64,000 nt of DNA from Bdellovibrionales bacterium (GCA_965203275.1 OZ241865.1:2503811-2567810), one strand, 5' to 3'. Counted from the stretch's first letter, positions 28,817 to 39,480 are shown. Numbers and translations: made by a program. Notes: generated by a model not told the origin, from the sequence alone.

Positions 28817-29311
28817 CTATTTTGGCAATTGTTGAATTAAGGTTTTGATTTCTTTAAATCCTTCATCCACTTTGAAATTAAGTGCTTTTACATCAGTTTT
28901 AAGATCATCAATTTTTTTATTAGTATCAGTGATATGATTATTTAATTTTTCATTAATAGGAGAAATTTTTGACTCTAATAATTCCTTAAAAAAATATTTA
29001 AAATCATCTAATTTTTTATCCGATGCCTCCCTAAAATCATCTAATTTTTTATCCGATGCCTCCCTAAAATCATCTAATTTTTTATCCGATGCCTCCCTAA
29101 AATCATCTAATTTTTTATCCGATGCCTCCCTAAATTCATCAAACTTTTTATCCGATGCATTTCTAAACTCATCAAACTTTTTATCCGATGCATTTCTAAA
29201 CTCATCAAACTTTTTATTAGAATCATCAAATCTTTTGTCCATATAAGCAAAAGACCTATTTAAATACCAAGCTGTCACAGTAAAAAAGATTGTTATGACG
29301 GCAATTTCCAT
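28817..29311 (-). CDS. Membrane-anchored coiled-coil protein with 11-aa repeats
   Basis: N-terminal TM; SDKK(F/L)D(E/D)FR(N/E)A x7 (33-nt repeat, about 28995-29225); GGAGG RBS. Confidence 0.82.
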   Translation of the reverse strand: MEIAVITIFFTVTAWYLNRSFAYMDKRFDDSNKKFDEFRNASDKKFDEFRNASDKKFDEFREASDKKLDDFREASDKKLDDFREASDKKLDDFREASDKKLDDFKYFFKELLESKISPINEKLNNHITDTNKKIDDLKTDVKALNFKVDEGFKEIKTLIQQLPK

Positions 29312-29427
29312 AAAATACCTCCATAAGTTATAAGTTTGTTAAGATATTACATAACTTTTTAATTAATATGATACCTTGCATTTTTATGAAAGTCAAATGC
29401 TGTCATTTTCACTCAAAATGGTCTATT

Positions 29428-30624
29428 TTACTTAAAATTAACCAGAGCAAATCCTCCTGTGTGAATATTAGTCACCTGCCCTTGATAAACCCGAGCTGCT
29501 ACAAGATAAGGATATGACTTATAAGTATAAATCCGTAAATCATATTTGTACCCCTCAAAAAGAGGAGCCGGAATATACTCCTGTGCCATAAATTTTTCAT
29601 TATATATAGATTCAAATTTATTTTTAGAAATAGACGAACCTCGAAAAACACCTTTACTCCCATAAAGTGATTTGGGTTTAAAAATCCATTTCTTACGTTC
29701 TGACCATAAATCTTTCTTCCCTCTACTTAAAACAGAAATAGAATAGGGAATAGCCTCCCTTAATACTCGTTGATCTTCCCGAGACACATTTATCTTGTTT
29801 AAAAAATCACCACAACAAATATCAATAAATCTTTGTTTATCAGCTAATAAACTATATTCATAAGGATTGGGACTAAAACAAACTCCACCAGAAATAAAAG
29901 CTTGTTGCAGATGCCAATGTTCTAACTTCTCTAATAAAAAATCACAACAACGATTGTAAATAAAGTGAATTCTGTGACCTGATGTATGATGCAACGTATG
30001 ACTTGAACTCTTCCATTTTAAATCTGACGGATCACAAATAAAAACAGTCCATCCCCAATATTCAAAAAGAGCTTTATAATAATGAAATTCAAAATAAGCT
30101 TTTTGAGTTTGAGGATCATTATCTAAAATAGCTATATTGATATGATCTCTTGGATTGATTCCAAATCTTCTCATCTCTTCACAAATAGCATTTTTAAAAA
30201 ACTTGTGACCATCATAATCATATTCAAATAAATAAAAAGGCAAAGCATTTTGATGCTGCTGGTTGAGAATACCAATGATCATAGCAAAAGAAGCATTCGT
30301 ATTGATTTCAATAAGCTTTACTTTATCCTCCTCCTCCATAATATGAAAATCATAACACATTAAAATAGAATAATGGCCAGGGTCATAATTGATGGAAGAT
30401 TGTTTTTTTACATATTTTTGATAAGAAAGATTCTCTCTTAAATTCCAAAATGTTTTGATCACTTGATGACATGTTTTAAAAACTTGCTTGTCTAAAGAAA
30501 TAATATTTTTAAAAAATAATTCCTTCTCAATAGGGTAAGACTTAAAAGTCTCTTGCCAAAAAGGATATTTTTGACTGATAAATTTTTTAAGACAATCAAG
30601 TTGCAATTGTTTAAGCTTTGCCAA
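29428..30624 (-). CDS. ATP-grasp fold protein (glutathionylspermidine synthase / circularly permuted ATP-grasp-like)
   Basis: YDFH...KLIEINTNA, KPKSLYGSKGV, AQEYIP, KYDLRIY and ARVYQGQVTN motifs. Confidence 0.7.
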   Translation of the reverse strand: MAKLKQLQLDCLKKFISQKYPFWQETFKSYPIEKELFFKNIISLDKQVFKTCHQVIKTFWNLRENLSYQKYVKKQSSINYDPGHYSILMCYDFHIMEEEDKVKLIEINTNASFAMIIGILNQQHQNALPFYLFEYDYDGHKFFKNAICEEMRRFGINPRDHINIAILDNDPQTQKAYFEFHYYKALFEYWGWTVFICDPSDLKWKSSSHTLHHTSGHRIHFIYNRCCDFLLEKLEHWHLQQAFISGGVCFSPNPYEYSLLADKQRFIDICCGDFLNKINVSREDQRVLREAIPYSISVLSRGKKDLWSERKKWIFKPKSLYGSKGVFRGSSISKNKFESIYNEKFMAQEYIPAPLFEGYKYDLRIYTYKSYPYLVAARVYQGQVTNIHTGGFALVNFK

Positions 30625-30642
30625 GTAATACTCTTTTCATTG

Positions 30643-31524
30643 TTATCTTCGTGAATAAGAACGCAAAAGACTTGCACTTATAAAATGATTTGTTTTGCAA
30701 GAGCGACGTCTATGAACTTGCCTGCGTGTTTCTTCTTCAATAGAAGATGACAGCTTTGCTTTCAATCTTACAATAGCTTGAGCATGCAATTGAGACACTC
30801 TACTTTCGGTGATACGTAAGACCCGACCAATTTCTTTTAAATTGAGATCTTCATAATAATACAGAGATAAAATAATTTTATGTTTCTCAGGTAAACTATT
30901 AATAGAATCCATAATAATATCTTTAACAACTTTTATTTGTAGTTCATTAAATGGGTTATCTATTTTAAAATCTTCTAGAAAACCTAACATAGATTTTTTA
31001 TCTATACTACTAAAAGTTGTTTGATTATCAAAAGATAAGATACTGACAGGACATACTTGGTAGACAAGATCATGAAATTCATCCATAGATAAGCCTAATT
31101 TATCTGCTGCTTCTTGGTCTGTGGCATCTCTGCCTAAATCATTTTTGAGTTGGGAAAAAGTCTTCTCTAAAAGTTTAGCTTTGTCTCTAATACTACGAGG
31201 AACCCAATCTTGATTTCTTAACTCATCTAAGATAGCCCCTCGGATACGAAACTCAGCATACGTTTTAAATGTATTGTCTCGAGATGGATCATATTTTTCT
31301 ATTGCATCCATTAAACCAATAGCACCGCTTGCAATAAGATCGTCTAATTCAATGTTAGATGGTAATCTCATAGAAATCTTATAAGCAATAAACTTAATAA
31401 GTGGTGCATATTCCATGATGAGCTTATCTTTTTGATTGCTGGTCAGTTGTTGTGGATTTTCTTTATACCTTTTTAATAATGTAGATGCTTTTGTTTTAGA
31501 TGACATACATTCCCCTCCTGTCAT
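30643..31524 (-). CDS. fliA: RNA polymerase sigma-28 factor (FliA/WhiG family)
   Basis: FKTYAEFRIRGAILDELR..DWVPRS and LNLKEIG.VL.ITESRVSQLH; true start may be MSSK. Confidence 0.95.
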   Translation of the reverse strand: MTGGECMSSKTKASTLLKRYKENPQQLTSNQKDKLIMEYAPLIKFIAYKISMRLPSNIELDDLIASGAIGLMDAIEKYDPSRDNTFKTYAEFRIRGAILDELRNQDWVPRSIRDKAKLLEKTFSQLKNDLGRDATDQEAADKLGLSMDEFHDLVYQVCPVSILSFDNQTTFSSIDKKSMLGFLEDFKIDNPFNELQIKVVKDIIMDSINSLPEKHKIILSLYYYEDLNLKEIGRVLRITESRVSQLHAQAIVRLKAKLSSSIEEETRRQVHRRRSCKTNHFISASLLRSYSRR

Positions 31525-31631
31525 TTTATTAAATTTTAATAACTCTAAATATTATGTTATCAAACTAAAGAATCTCAAAAAAGATCATTTTTTTCGTGCC
31601 AACTTTTTGTTTTATAGAAAAATTTTTTTTT

Positions 31632-32210
31632 CTATAAAGTGTCTACACTTTTAACGTCAATGTTTTTAACACTCCCATGAAAAAGAAAATGATTTAAAGC
31701 TTCTTTAATATTTTCTTTCAAAATATATTTTTGTTTAATTTGTGATACTTGTTTGTATGTCATATCAGATAAAACAACAGCTATTAGATCCTTTATATAT
31801 GGTTTTTGGTCTTTAATAATATTTAAACTGTTCGTATTTTTGACATTTTCTAATACCAATTGGATTGAGATTTTAGTCAGGATATTGTTGTGATCGTTAT
31901 GAGATAAAATGAAGAAATTTTCTAAAAATGTCACCTGTTGCTTTTGTGCTTTCGTAGGTATTTGTGGATGATCAAAAGTTAATATTTGTTGGCTGATCTG
32001 TTTGACCAAAGCAAGAGTTTTTTGTCTATCTGATATGATGATCTTTTGAAGAGAATTTAAATACTTTGAAAATAAATTAAAGAACATTAAGGTCACCAGG
32101 AATAAAATCAACAAAAAGCACTTTGTTGAAGAAAGTTTGGTGACATAAGTTTTTTTGTCAAAATATTGTACAGTGCTTTTATATAAGATAATATTTCCCT
32201 TTCGTCTCAA
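31632..32210 (-). CDS. fliL: FliL-like flagellar basal-body-associated protein
   Basis: Single TM; LENFFILS, IKDLIAVVLS and LKENIKEALN..L..G.V pattern; adjacent to fliA. Confidence 0.6.
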   Translation of the reverse strand: MRRKGNIILYKSTVQYFDKKTYVTKLSSTKCFLLILFLVTLMFFNLFSKYLNSLQKIIISDRQKTLALVKQISQQILTFDHPQIPTKAQKQQVTFLENFFILSHNDHNNILTKISIQLVLENVKNTNSLNIIKDQKPYIKDLIAVVLSDMTYKQVSQIKQKYILKENIKEALNHFLFHGSVKNIDVKSVDTL

Positions 32211-32266
32211 TAGATCTGTCTTTATGTTTTAAAATGAATGTTGTAAATACTTCTGTTAAATATATA

Positions 32267-32283
32267 AGCAAATAAGATACCAA
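32267..32283 (-). promoter_or_regulatory. Putative sigma-54 promoter upstream of the fliL-like gene
   Basis: Minus strand TTGGTATCTTATTTGCT = GG-N10-GC. Confidence 0.6.
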
Positions 32284-32573
32284 CCAGACATTTTACTTAA
32301 GTAAAATAATAAATGATCCGATATATTTGAAATAACAACACTGTTTTTAAAAAAAATGATAAATAGAAGGTGTCAAAAATTCTTTAAATGCCTAGTATAA
32401 AGGGGAGGGATTGTATTGGTTTTTTGACATGTCTTATATAAGTGTTTTACAAGTCTAAATCTAAAAAAATTATAACTCTATATAATGACTTTTTAGGGAT
32501 TTTTTTGGTTATGAGCCTTATTTATAGAATTGAAATATTAGCAGTGTGAGTGTAAAATAAATATTAAGTCCTT

Positions 32574-33590
32574 ATGTATGTAAAAAATAAGGGAGAGGAT
32601 ATTTTTATGATTTCAAAAAAACAATTAGGTCATTTTAAGTTACATATTATTCAGGCTATTAAATGGACAACAATGAGCTTTGCTTGTCTTATGACATTCT
32701 CCTTAGGTATCTTTTTAGGAAAACAATTTAGTGATTCTCAAAAACAAAGTGATACATCTTTGGTGCAGTCTTTGCAAAATCAAAACATTCCCAATGTCAT
32801 AGCCGAAGATCAAAATCCTCAAAAGGTTTCTATGAAATTAACAGAAGATACAGAAAATAATAAAAAAGAAATTTCTCTTGTACAAGACTCAAAAGAAGCA
32901 CAAGAACGTACGTTAGCTGGAGACACTTCTCAAGTACAACACCCCACAGAAAAGCATTCTACAGAAGAACATCTCGCAGAAAAACACCCCACAGAAGAAC
33001 ACCCCACAGAAAAACACCCCACAGAAAAACATCCCGCAGAAAAGCATTCCGCAGAAGAACATCCCACAGAAAAACATCCCGCAGAAAAGCATTCCGCAGA
33101 AGAACATCCCACAGAAGCTAAAGCCATAGGTGATCTAACAAATGCTCCATCACCGCCACCACTACAGGTAGATCATAAAAAAAGCCAAGAAGAACAAACA
33201 AAAAGACAAAATAAAAAAAGCAACACATCGGTTGCAACCATAAGCCGCCTTAAAAAACCACCACAGAATAAAACAAAACAGCAAGAGTTAAAAAATAACG
33301 AAAAAGGATTTTCTCATCATTTACCTTTAAATGTAGTAGAGAGCTTAAATGCTAAATACACTATAAGACTAGGCATTTATGATCAAGAAAGAAAGGCAAA
33401 AGCTTATGTAGAAGAATTAAAAGGTGAAGGATTGAATACTTTTTATATGTTATTGCAGAGGGAAAATAAATCTTGGTATCGAGTGAGTTTAGGTGTATAT
33501 GCTGATAAGGTTGTAGCTAAAAAAGAACTCAATCGTATTTTAAGAACCACCTCTATTCAAACAGGTTCGGTTGAAGAAATCTTAAAATAA
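32574..33590 (+). CDS. SPOR-domain protein with pentapeptide repeats
   Basis: N-terminal TM; C-terminal YTIRLG...WYRVSLG.Y SPOR motif. Confidence 0.85.
   Translation: MYVKNKGEDIFMISKKQLGHFKLHIIQAIKWTTMSFACLMTFSLGIFLGKQFSDSQKQSDTSLVQSLQNQNIPNVIAEDQNPQKVSMKLTEDTENNKKEISLVQDSKEAQERTLAGDTSQVQHPTEKHSTEEHLAEKHPTEEHPTEKHPTEKHPAEKHSAEEHPTEKHPAEKHSAEEHPTEAKAIGDLTNAPSPPPLQVDHKKSQEEQTKRQNKKSNTSVATISRLKKPPQNKTKQQELKNNEKGFSHHLPLNVVESLNAKYTIRLGIYDQERKAKAYVEELKGEGLNTFYMLLQRENKSWYRVSLGVYADKVVAKKELNRILRTTSIQTGSVEEILK
32939..33117 (+). repeat. 15-nt intragenic tandem repeat (E[K/E]H[P/S][T/A], about 12 units)
   Basis: cagaaaaacatccc-type units. Confidence 0.9.
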
Positions 33591-33609
33591 CCCTTATTTT
33601 TCTACCTAC

Positions 33610-34440
33610 ATGGGTTCAATAATGACAAAATTACCGCTGGCAAAACAAATTCAAGGCATTTTCATTGAACTTTCGGGCAGTGATGCTCAAAGCTTCCTCC
33701 AAAGATTAACCTCTATAGATATAAATGCCCTTAAAAAAAATCAAATAATACCTACAGCCTTTTTAGATAGTACAGCTAAACCTATAGCTGTTTTTTATGT
33801 TTTCCAAAAAGAAACAAATTTAAACTTACTTGTCTCACAAATATATAAAGAAAAAGTGTTATCTTATCTTGAAAAAATGCACTTTTCAGAAGATATTCAA
33901 TGGCATACTCGAAATATGCAGTGGACAGAAGTCAGATACACACAGGACCTTCCTATTCATGGATATCCTCTCCCAGACTGGAAGTTCCAAGAAGAAACAA
34001 TCAAAGGACAATTGCTTTTTAAAGAAGCTCTTAATATTTCTCATTTTAATATAACCATTCATGCTAATGATTTTCACATTATGGAATGCCTAGCAAAAAA
34101 TCCTGGTATTGATTCTGACATTTTTAACCATATTATGATTTTAGATGGGCCTTTTGACTATTTTATATCCAGAAATAAAGGTTGTTACCCTGGGCAAGAA
34201 GTTGTAGAGAAAATTTACTCCATTGGCCGAAAGCCTAAAAAAGTCATCTGTTGTCAAATAGAACCTCCCTTACTTTCAGTACCTGAAACTCTTATATTTC
34301 AAGATAAAAAAATAGGCAAAATTTTACTAGCCTATTCTAAAGACCATCAAGCTTCCATAGGTTTAGCTGTGGTGCGTCATTCATTTGAGATGACTCAAAT
34401 GACTACAGAGCAACTCAAGCATAAAGTCACAATGTTATAA
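33610..34440 (+). CDS. ygfZ: YgfZ/GcvT-like folate-binding protein
   Basis: G.DA..FLQ and KGCYPGQEVV motifs. Confidence 0.85.
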   Translation: MGSIMTKLPLAKQIQGIFIELSGSDAQSFLQRLTSIDINALKKNQIIPTAFLDSTAKPIAVFYVFQKETNLNLLVSQIYKEKVLSYLEKMHFSEDIQWHTRNMQWTEVRYTQDLPIHGYPLPDWKFQEETIKGQLLFKEALNISHFNITIHANDFHIMECLAKNPGIDSDIFNHIMILDGPFDYFISRNKGCYPGQEVVEKIYSIGRKPKKVICCQIEPPLLSVPETLIFQDKKIGKILLAYSKDHQASIGLAVVRHSFEMTQMTTEQLKHKVTML

Positions 34441-34586
34441 TACCTAACTTCTGGCTTGCTTCCTTGAAAAAAGTCAGGCAAACAAAAAATCTTTACCAGA
34501 AATCAATGTAAGGACTTGTATAAATAAAAGTATCATGTAAAATAAAATAAGGTAGTTAAGAAAAATAAAATTAACTTAAATAAAAT

Positions 34587-35432
34587 TTGGAGGTTATTTT
34601 GATGAAATCACAATCCATTAAAAATATTATATTTATAGCTGTAGTATTTATTTTCGGGTCTATCATTTGGGGATCTTTTTTACTGACTGGTTGTACGACA
34701 ACGCAAGATGTCAGTTCATTAAAGCAAGTCTTAGAAGAGAATCCTGATATACTCACAAATGCTATTAGGAAGAATCCGCAACCCATTATGGAAGCGATTA
34801 ATGATGCTGCTCAAGAAACACGCAAACAGCAACTAGCTAAAGCTCAACAGGCAGAGGATGATGCTAGGGCAGAAGCACGTAAAAATCCTAAAACGCCTGA
34901 GATCAGTGATGATCGTGTCATTTTTGGTGAAAAGAAAGGCGATGTACCTATCACAATTGTAGAATACTCAGATTTTCAATGTGGTTATTGTGGAAGGGCC
35001 TATAACACTATTAAGGAAATCATTAAAAAATATGAGGGTAAGGTACGTGTTATATATAAACACTTGCCTTTAGATTTTCACCCTATGGCAAAACCAGCAG
35101 CCCATTATTATGAAGCTATAGCTTTGCAAAACCATAATAAGGCTCAGCAATTCCATGATAAAATTTTTGAACAACAAAGTAACTTAACATCCGGAGGTAA
35201 GGACTTTTTAGATCAGCTAGCCAAAGAAGTGGGAGCTAACATGGCAAGGCTTAAAAAAGACCTTGAATCCGATAAAGTGAAACAGCGCGTTGAAAATGAC
35301 GACGCAGAGGCTAAGAGATTTGGATTTAATGGAACACCTGGTTTTTTGATCAATGGTGTGCCTCTTAATGGAGCCCAACCACTATCTGCATTTGAAGCAG
35401 AGTTCAGAGCTCAAAAGCTTTTAGATGAATAA
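34587..35432 (+). CDS. DsbA-family thioredoxin-fold protein, probable lipoprotein
   Basis: LTGC lipobox; EYSDFQCGYC and GTPGF motifs. Confidence 0.9.
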   Translation: MEVILMKSQSIKNIIFIAVVFIFGSIIWGSFLLTGCTTTQDVSSLKQVLEENPDILTNAIRKNPQPIMEAINDAAQETRKQQLAKAQQAEDDARAEARKNPKTPEISDDRVIFGEKKGDVPITIVEYSDFQCGYCGRAYNTIKEIIKKYEGKVRVIYKHLPLDFHPMAKPAAHYYEAIALQNHNKAQQFHDKIFEQQSNLTSGGKDFLDQLAKEVGANMARLKKDLESDKVKQRVENDDAEAKRFGFNGTPGFLINGVPLNGAQPLSAFEAEFRAQKLLDE

Positions 35433-35460
35433 TCATAAGTCAACAATACCTCCATTAAGA

Positions 35461-35500
35461 CTAAGCCAGAAGTTTCTACTTCTGGCTTAGTTTTAATTTT
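35461..35500 (+). terminator. Rho-independent terminator
   Basis: 13-bp stem ctaagccagaagt/acttctggcttag, 4-nt loop, T-rich tail. Confidence 0.8.
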
Positions 35501-35548
35501 GTCAAACTTTGTGAGTCAAACTTTGTGACAGGAGAAACTTCCTAAAAA

Positions 35549-36448
35549 ATGACTAAATCTACACAATTTTACTCTCAAAAACCCCACTGGTTAAAGGTCA
35601 AAGCACCTGTCTCTGGCAATTATTTTAAATTAAAATCTATGTTTCAACAGCTAGGATTAGCAACAGTTTGTCAAGAAGCCAGATGCCCAAATATCGGAGA
35701 GTGTTGGCAAGGAGGAACAGTCACTATTATGTTAATGGGAGAAGTTTGCACAAGAGGTTGTCGATTTTGCCATGTCAAAACAGGTAATCCTAAAGGCTTA
35801 TTAGATAGTAAAGAGCCAGAAAAAGTCAGTTGGGCTATCGCTCAAATGAATTTAAGCTATGTTGTTTTAACTAGCGTTGATAGAGACGATCTGCCTGATG
35901 GTGGAGCAGATCATTTTGCAAAAACAGTAGAAACCATTAAACGTCAATCCTCTCAGCTCATTATAGAAGTTTTAACTCCTGATTTTCAAGCTCATCTCAA
36001 GCATATTTTAAGAGTGGTTCAAGCCAAACCTGATGTGTTCGCTCATAACATAGAAACAGTCGAAAGACTTACACCAGCTGTAAGAGATGCAAGAGCAGGT
36101 TACCAGAAATCTCTCTTTTTATTGGAAAAGGTAAAGTATTTTGACGATTCTAGATATACAAAATCATCTATTATGCTGGGCTTAGGTGAAACAACCAAAG
36201 AAGTTCATCACACATTAAAAGACCTAAGAGATGTAGGATGTGATGTTGTGACCTTTGGACAATATCTGCAACCGACTCCCAGACACTTGAAAGTCAAAGA
36301 ATATATAACGCCCGAGGATTTTAAAGAATGGAAAAAAATTGCAGAAGGTATGGGTTTTCTTTATGTAGCCAGTGGACCTTTGGTCAGAAGTTCTTATAAG
36401 GCAGGAGAGTATTTTATGCAGGGGGTTATTGCAAAAGATAAACATTAA
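35549..36448 (+). CDS. lipA: Lipoyl synthase
   Basis: CQEARCPNIGEC, CTRGCRFC and PLVRSSY motifs. Confidence 0.98.
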   Translation: MTKSTQFYSQKPHWLKVKAPVSGNYFKLKSMFQQLGLATVCQEARCPNIGECWQGGTVTIMLMGEVCTRGCRFCHVKTGNPKGLLDSKEPEKVSWAIAQMNLSYVVLTSVDRDDLPDGGADHFAKTVETIKRQSSQLIIEVLTPDFQAHLKHILRVVQAKPDVFAHNIETVERLTPAVRDARAGYQKSLFLLEKVKYFDDSRYTKSSIMLGLGETTKEVHHTLKDLRDVGCDVVTFGQYLQPTPRHLKVKEYITPEDFKEWKKIAEGMGFLYVASGPLVRSSYKAGEYFMQGVIAKDKH

Positions 36449-36620
36449 GCTTTTGCTTTAAGCATTTTTCTTTCCTCTCTCATTTTAAAATTTAAAATTT
36501 TAAAAATAAAATCCTGATAGGAGTCTGCTGTAACACATTGTCTTTTTTTGTCAATAAAGTTTTTTATTTCTTGTTGTATCACAGCACTTTTAAATCAAAA
36601 GAAAATTGATTTTTAAAATC

Positions 36621-37295
36621 TTAAATCACCACAAGACCTGCCCAAAAAGGCTCTTTACTATCTTGAGATAGCACTCTTGAGATATCGTCTAATGTCCACT
36701 GCTCCTGTGTGAGTTTTAAAATAGAAGGGTCAAAGCTTTGCCTAGAAATTAATATCAATTTATCTTTAGCTTGTACTTTCATCTCTTGCACAGATATATC
36801 TACATTATTATAAAATCCTAAAAGATGTGTAGGTAATGGTGGAGCTTCTGGCTTGGACATTTGAAGTGGCATAGACATATCCCATGCAATAGGTATCATG
36901 CCATAATCTTTTTTACAAAAGATAAAATGAGGGTTGCCACACTTTATCCATAAAAGCTGTTCATCTATTTGAGCAACAGTAAATAACTCTACACCACATT
37001 GGTATTCATTTTTATTACACTCTGTATAAAGCCACTGGACAGCCAACATGACAGCAGTTCTTAGGTCATTAGCAGGTTTTGAAAGATGAGGCAGAAGTGG
37101 ATAAGGTGATGTGATCTCTACATCTTTACTTGCAGATAAGTAGTAATCCGTGATTGTCTGCTGGAATTGTTTTATAACAGATCGCATGCCCCAGGGAGTA
37201 ACCACAAGACAAAAACCAGTGACTTCATCTACAAAAACCTCTGGTGTCGGCCTTGTAAAAGTATCACCTATAAAAGATCTCGATTCTAAAATCAT
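36621..37295 (-). CDS. Hypothetical protein, possibly degenerate PP2C-like fold
   Basis: 224-aa ORF co-oriented with the DUF192 gene; only weak pattern similarity. Confidence 0.6.
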   Translation of the reverse strand: MILESRSFIGDTFTRPTPEVFVDEVTGFCLVVTPWGMRSVIKQFQQTITDYYLSASKDVEITSPYPLLPHLSKPANDLRTAVMLAVQWLYTECNKNEYQCGVELFTVAQIDEQLLWIKCGNPHFIFCKKDYGMIPIAWDMSMPLQMSKPEAPPLPTHLLGFYNNVDISVQEMKVQAKDKLILISRQSFDPSILKLTQEQWTLDDISRVLSQDSKEPFWAGLVVI

Positions 37296-37307
37296 AACAA
37301 TACCTTT

Positions 37308-37820
37308 TTATTTTTTAGATGTTATATATTCAAATGAGGTACCTATTTTGATTTTGTTTTGAGTAAACCACCCTTTATTCATCTCTAAAGCATACTTAGC
37401 AGGATGTGAGCTTTGATATGTTTTAGGTTTTTGTATTAGAATACTCTCTGGCTCCATGTTCTGGACTTCTAGTAATTGTCTTTGAGCATTAAAAAATCCT
37501 ATGCTAAGAGGGATCCAAGTGTTTTTCATCCAAAAAGAAAGTATCTGTTCAGAAGAAAATTCAAATAACATACCTTGATTTTTAGGTAGAGATTTCCGAT
37601 GCATTAGCCCACGCCGTCTATCTTGTGGTTTCTTTACAATTTCTACTTTTATGACCTTATCACCTATTTTTAAAGTTTTTAAAGGTAGCTGGATAGTAGC
37701 ATTTTGAGTATCACTTAAAATATCTAATGAGATCATTGATACAAAACAAAATAAACACCACATTAAAAATATTGAGAAGAATGAATATTTTATAAGTATT
37801 TGAGGTGTGTGTATTTTCAT
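37308..37820 (-). CDS. DUF192-family protein
   Basis: RGLM.R, GMLF.F, FWMKNT.IPL.I.F and YALEMN.GW motifs. Confidence 0.92.
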   Translation of the reverse strand: MKIHTPQILIKYSFFSIFLMWCLFCFVSMISLDILSDTQNATIQLPLKTLKIGDKVIKVEIVKKPQDRRRGLMHRKSLPKNQGMLFEFSSEQILSFWMKNTWIPLSIGFFNAQRQLLEVQNMEPESILIQKPKTYQSSHPAKYALEMNKGWFTQNKIKIGTSFEYITSKK

Positions 37821-37961
37821 TTGATTTGTTTGGTTTGTTTAGTTTAGTTTGTAAGGAAGATTGACCACATTTTTATATCTTAAAAATGTATTTTGCTGTC
37901 TGTCAATGAAAATTATTATTATTTCTTGATTCCTTATGGTGTGTTTGTTATAAATGTATTT

Positions 37962-38828
37962 ATGGCAAACCTTAAAGACCTAAAAAACAAAATTGTTAGC
38001 ACCAAAAAAACAAAAGCTGCAACTGGAGCTATGAAGATGGTCTCCGCAGCTAAACTCCGCCGAAGCCAAGAGAATATTCTCAATGCTCGCCCTTATGCTA
38101 GAAGACTTATGGATGTCATTCAAAGGATTGCGACATATTCAGACCATCCTTTTTTAAAAAGACATGACTCCCGGTCACAGCTTTTATTAGTTGTTTTAAC
38201 GAGTGATAGAGGTCTTTGTGGTGGCTTTAACAATAGCATTTGTAAATACACAGAAACCTTTTTACAAAAAGAAAAAAGCAATTATGATAAAATAGATTTA
38301 ATTTTTATAGGACGTAAGGGAGCAGATTATTTCAAAAGACGTGGAGTGACCTCTCAAAAAAATATTTTAAATTTAGCTAGAAATATCAATTATCACTTAG
38401 CAGCCGATATTTCTGAAGATATTTTAAAAGCCTATAGTAGTGAAAAGTATTCAGAAGTACGTATGATTTATAATGAGTTTAAGTCTGCATTGGCTCAAGA
38501 TATTGTTGATGAAAGGCTAATCCCTGTCTTAACTGAAGATAAAGAAACTTCTTCAAATGATCATTTTTTTAGTGATTTTATTATAGAACCTCGCATAGAG
38601 AAAATCTTAGACACTCTATTGAGAAAACATTTTGCAATTCAAGTTTATCGGTGTTTACAAGAAAGTGTGACTTCAGAACATGGAGCTAGGATGAGTGCTA
38701 TGGAAAATGCTAGCAAGAATGCCCAAGAGATGATCAGTAACCTTTCTTTAGAATATAATAAGGCTCGACAAGCAAAGATCACAACAGAGCTTATTGAAAT
38801 CACCAGCGGGGCTAATGCCCTTCATTGA
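37962..38828 (+). CDS. atpG: ATP synthase F1 gamma subunit (orphan)
   Basis: AMKMVSAAKL, SDRGLCGGFN and RQAKITTELIEI motifs; start set at MANLKDL. Confidence 0.97.
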   Translation: MANLKDLKNKIVSTKKTKAATGAMKMVSAAKLRRSQENILNARPYARRLMDVIQRIATYSDHPFLKRHDSRSQLLLVVLTSDRGLCGGFNNSICKYTETFLQKEKSNYDKIDLIFIGRKGADYFKRRGVTSQKNILNLARNINYHLAADISEDILKAYSSEKYSEVRMIYNEFKSALAQDIVDERLIPVLTEDKETSSNDHFFSDFIIEPRIEKILDTLLRKHFAIQVYRCLQESVTSEHGARMSAMENASKNAQEMISNLSLEYNKARQAKITTELIEITSGANALH

Positions 38829-38907
38829 GTTGTTTTGGACCTATTATTATCTAATTTCGTTAATCTTCGTCTACCCGTATGTACCTCTTTCAGGGATACG
38901 TGCGTTG

Positions 38908-39480
38908 GTTCACTAAAAGTGGTCTGACCTCTGGTCACTTTTGGACATTGCTCTGACAGCTGTCGCTGTCTAAAAAGAGCAATGCCATTGTTTCACTCAA
39001 AGTGAACTGACCTCTGGTCACTTTCTGGAGATGACCACGTTTGTCTCACTAAAAATAAACCAGCCTCTGGCTGTTTTTGGGCAATCAGCCCGACGGCTCT
39101 CGCCGTCGATCAAAGGCTGATTGCCTCAAAAATCCGTTTATTTTTAGTAGGAAGAATCCTCTTGTCTCTTTACACGATGTTAAGGAAACAAGATGTTTAT
39201 TTCACATCGATAAAATGCTCATTGCCTAGAAAGCCTGTTCACTTTGAGTATGGAGTTAGTTGGTTCACTCAAAATGCATCATGCCTCTGGTGTGTTTTTT
39301 GATGTTGCCTGCAAAGGCTTTCGCCTTTGACAAAATAGGCAACATCTAAAAAATCCGCTCATTTTGAGTAGGGGAGGATCCTCTCGTCTCTTAACTCCAT
39401 GTTAAGGAAAAAGTTCATTTGGTTGCCGGGTTGCCGGATCCCAGATCCCGGATGAAAATCATGTTAGGGAAAAAAGATGT
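38908..39480. repeat. Structured repeat cluster 8
   Basis: Five co-oriented full or partial units, heptamers at 39420-39455. Confidence 0.95.

Noticed and set aside
31583..31602. Sigma-54 promoter before fliA (TTGGCACG on minus strand)
   Set aside because: The -24 element is good but there is no GC at -12 with correct spacing
32913..33127. Cys-rich antisense ORFs (also 27090-27530 and other short overlapping ORFs)
   Set aside because: Shadow frames of tandem repeats or of well-supported genes
35501..35528. gtcaaactttgtga direct repeat before lipA; gcaag run near 19028
   Set aside because: Too short and isolated to assign a function
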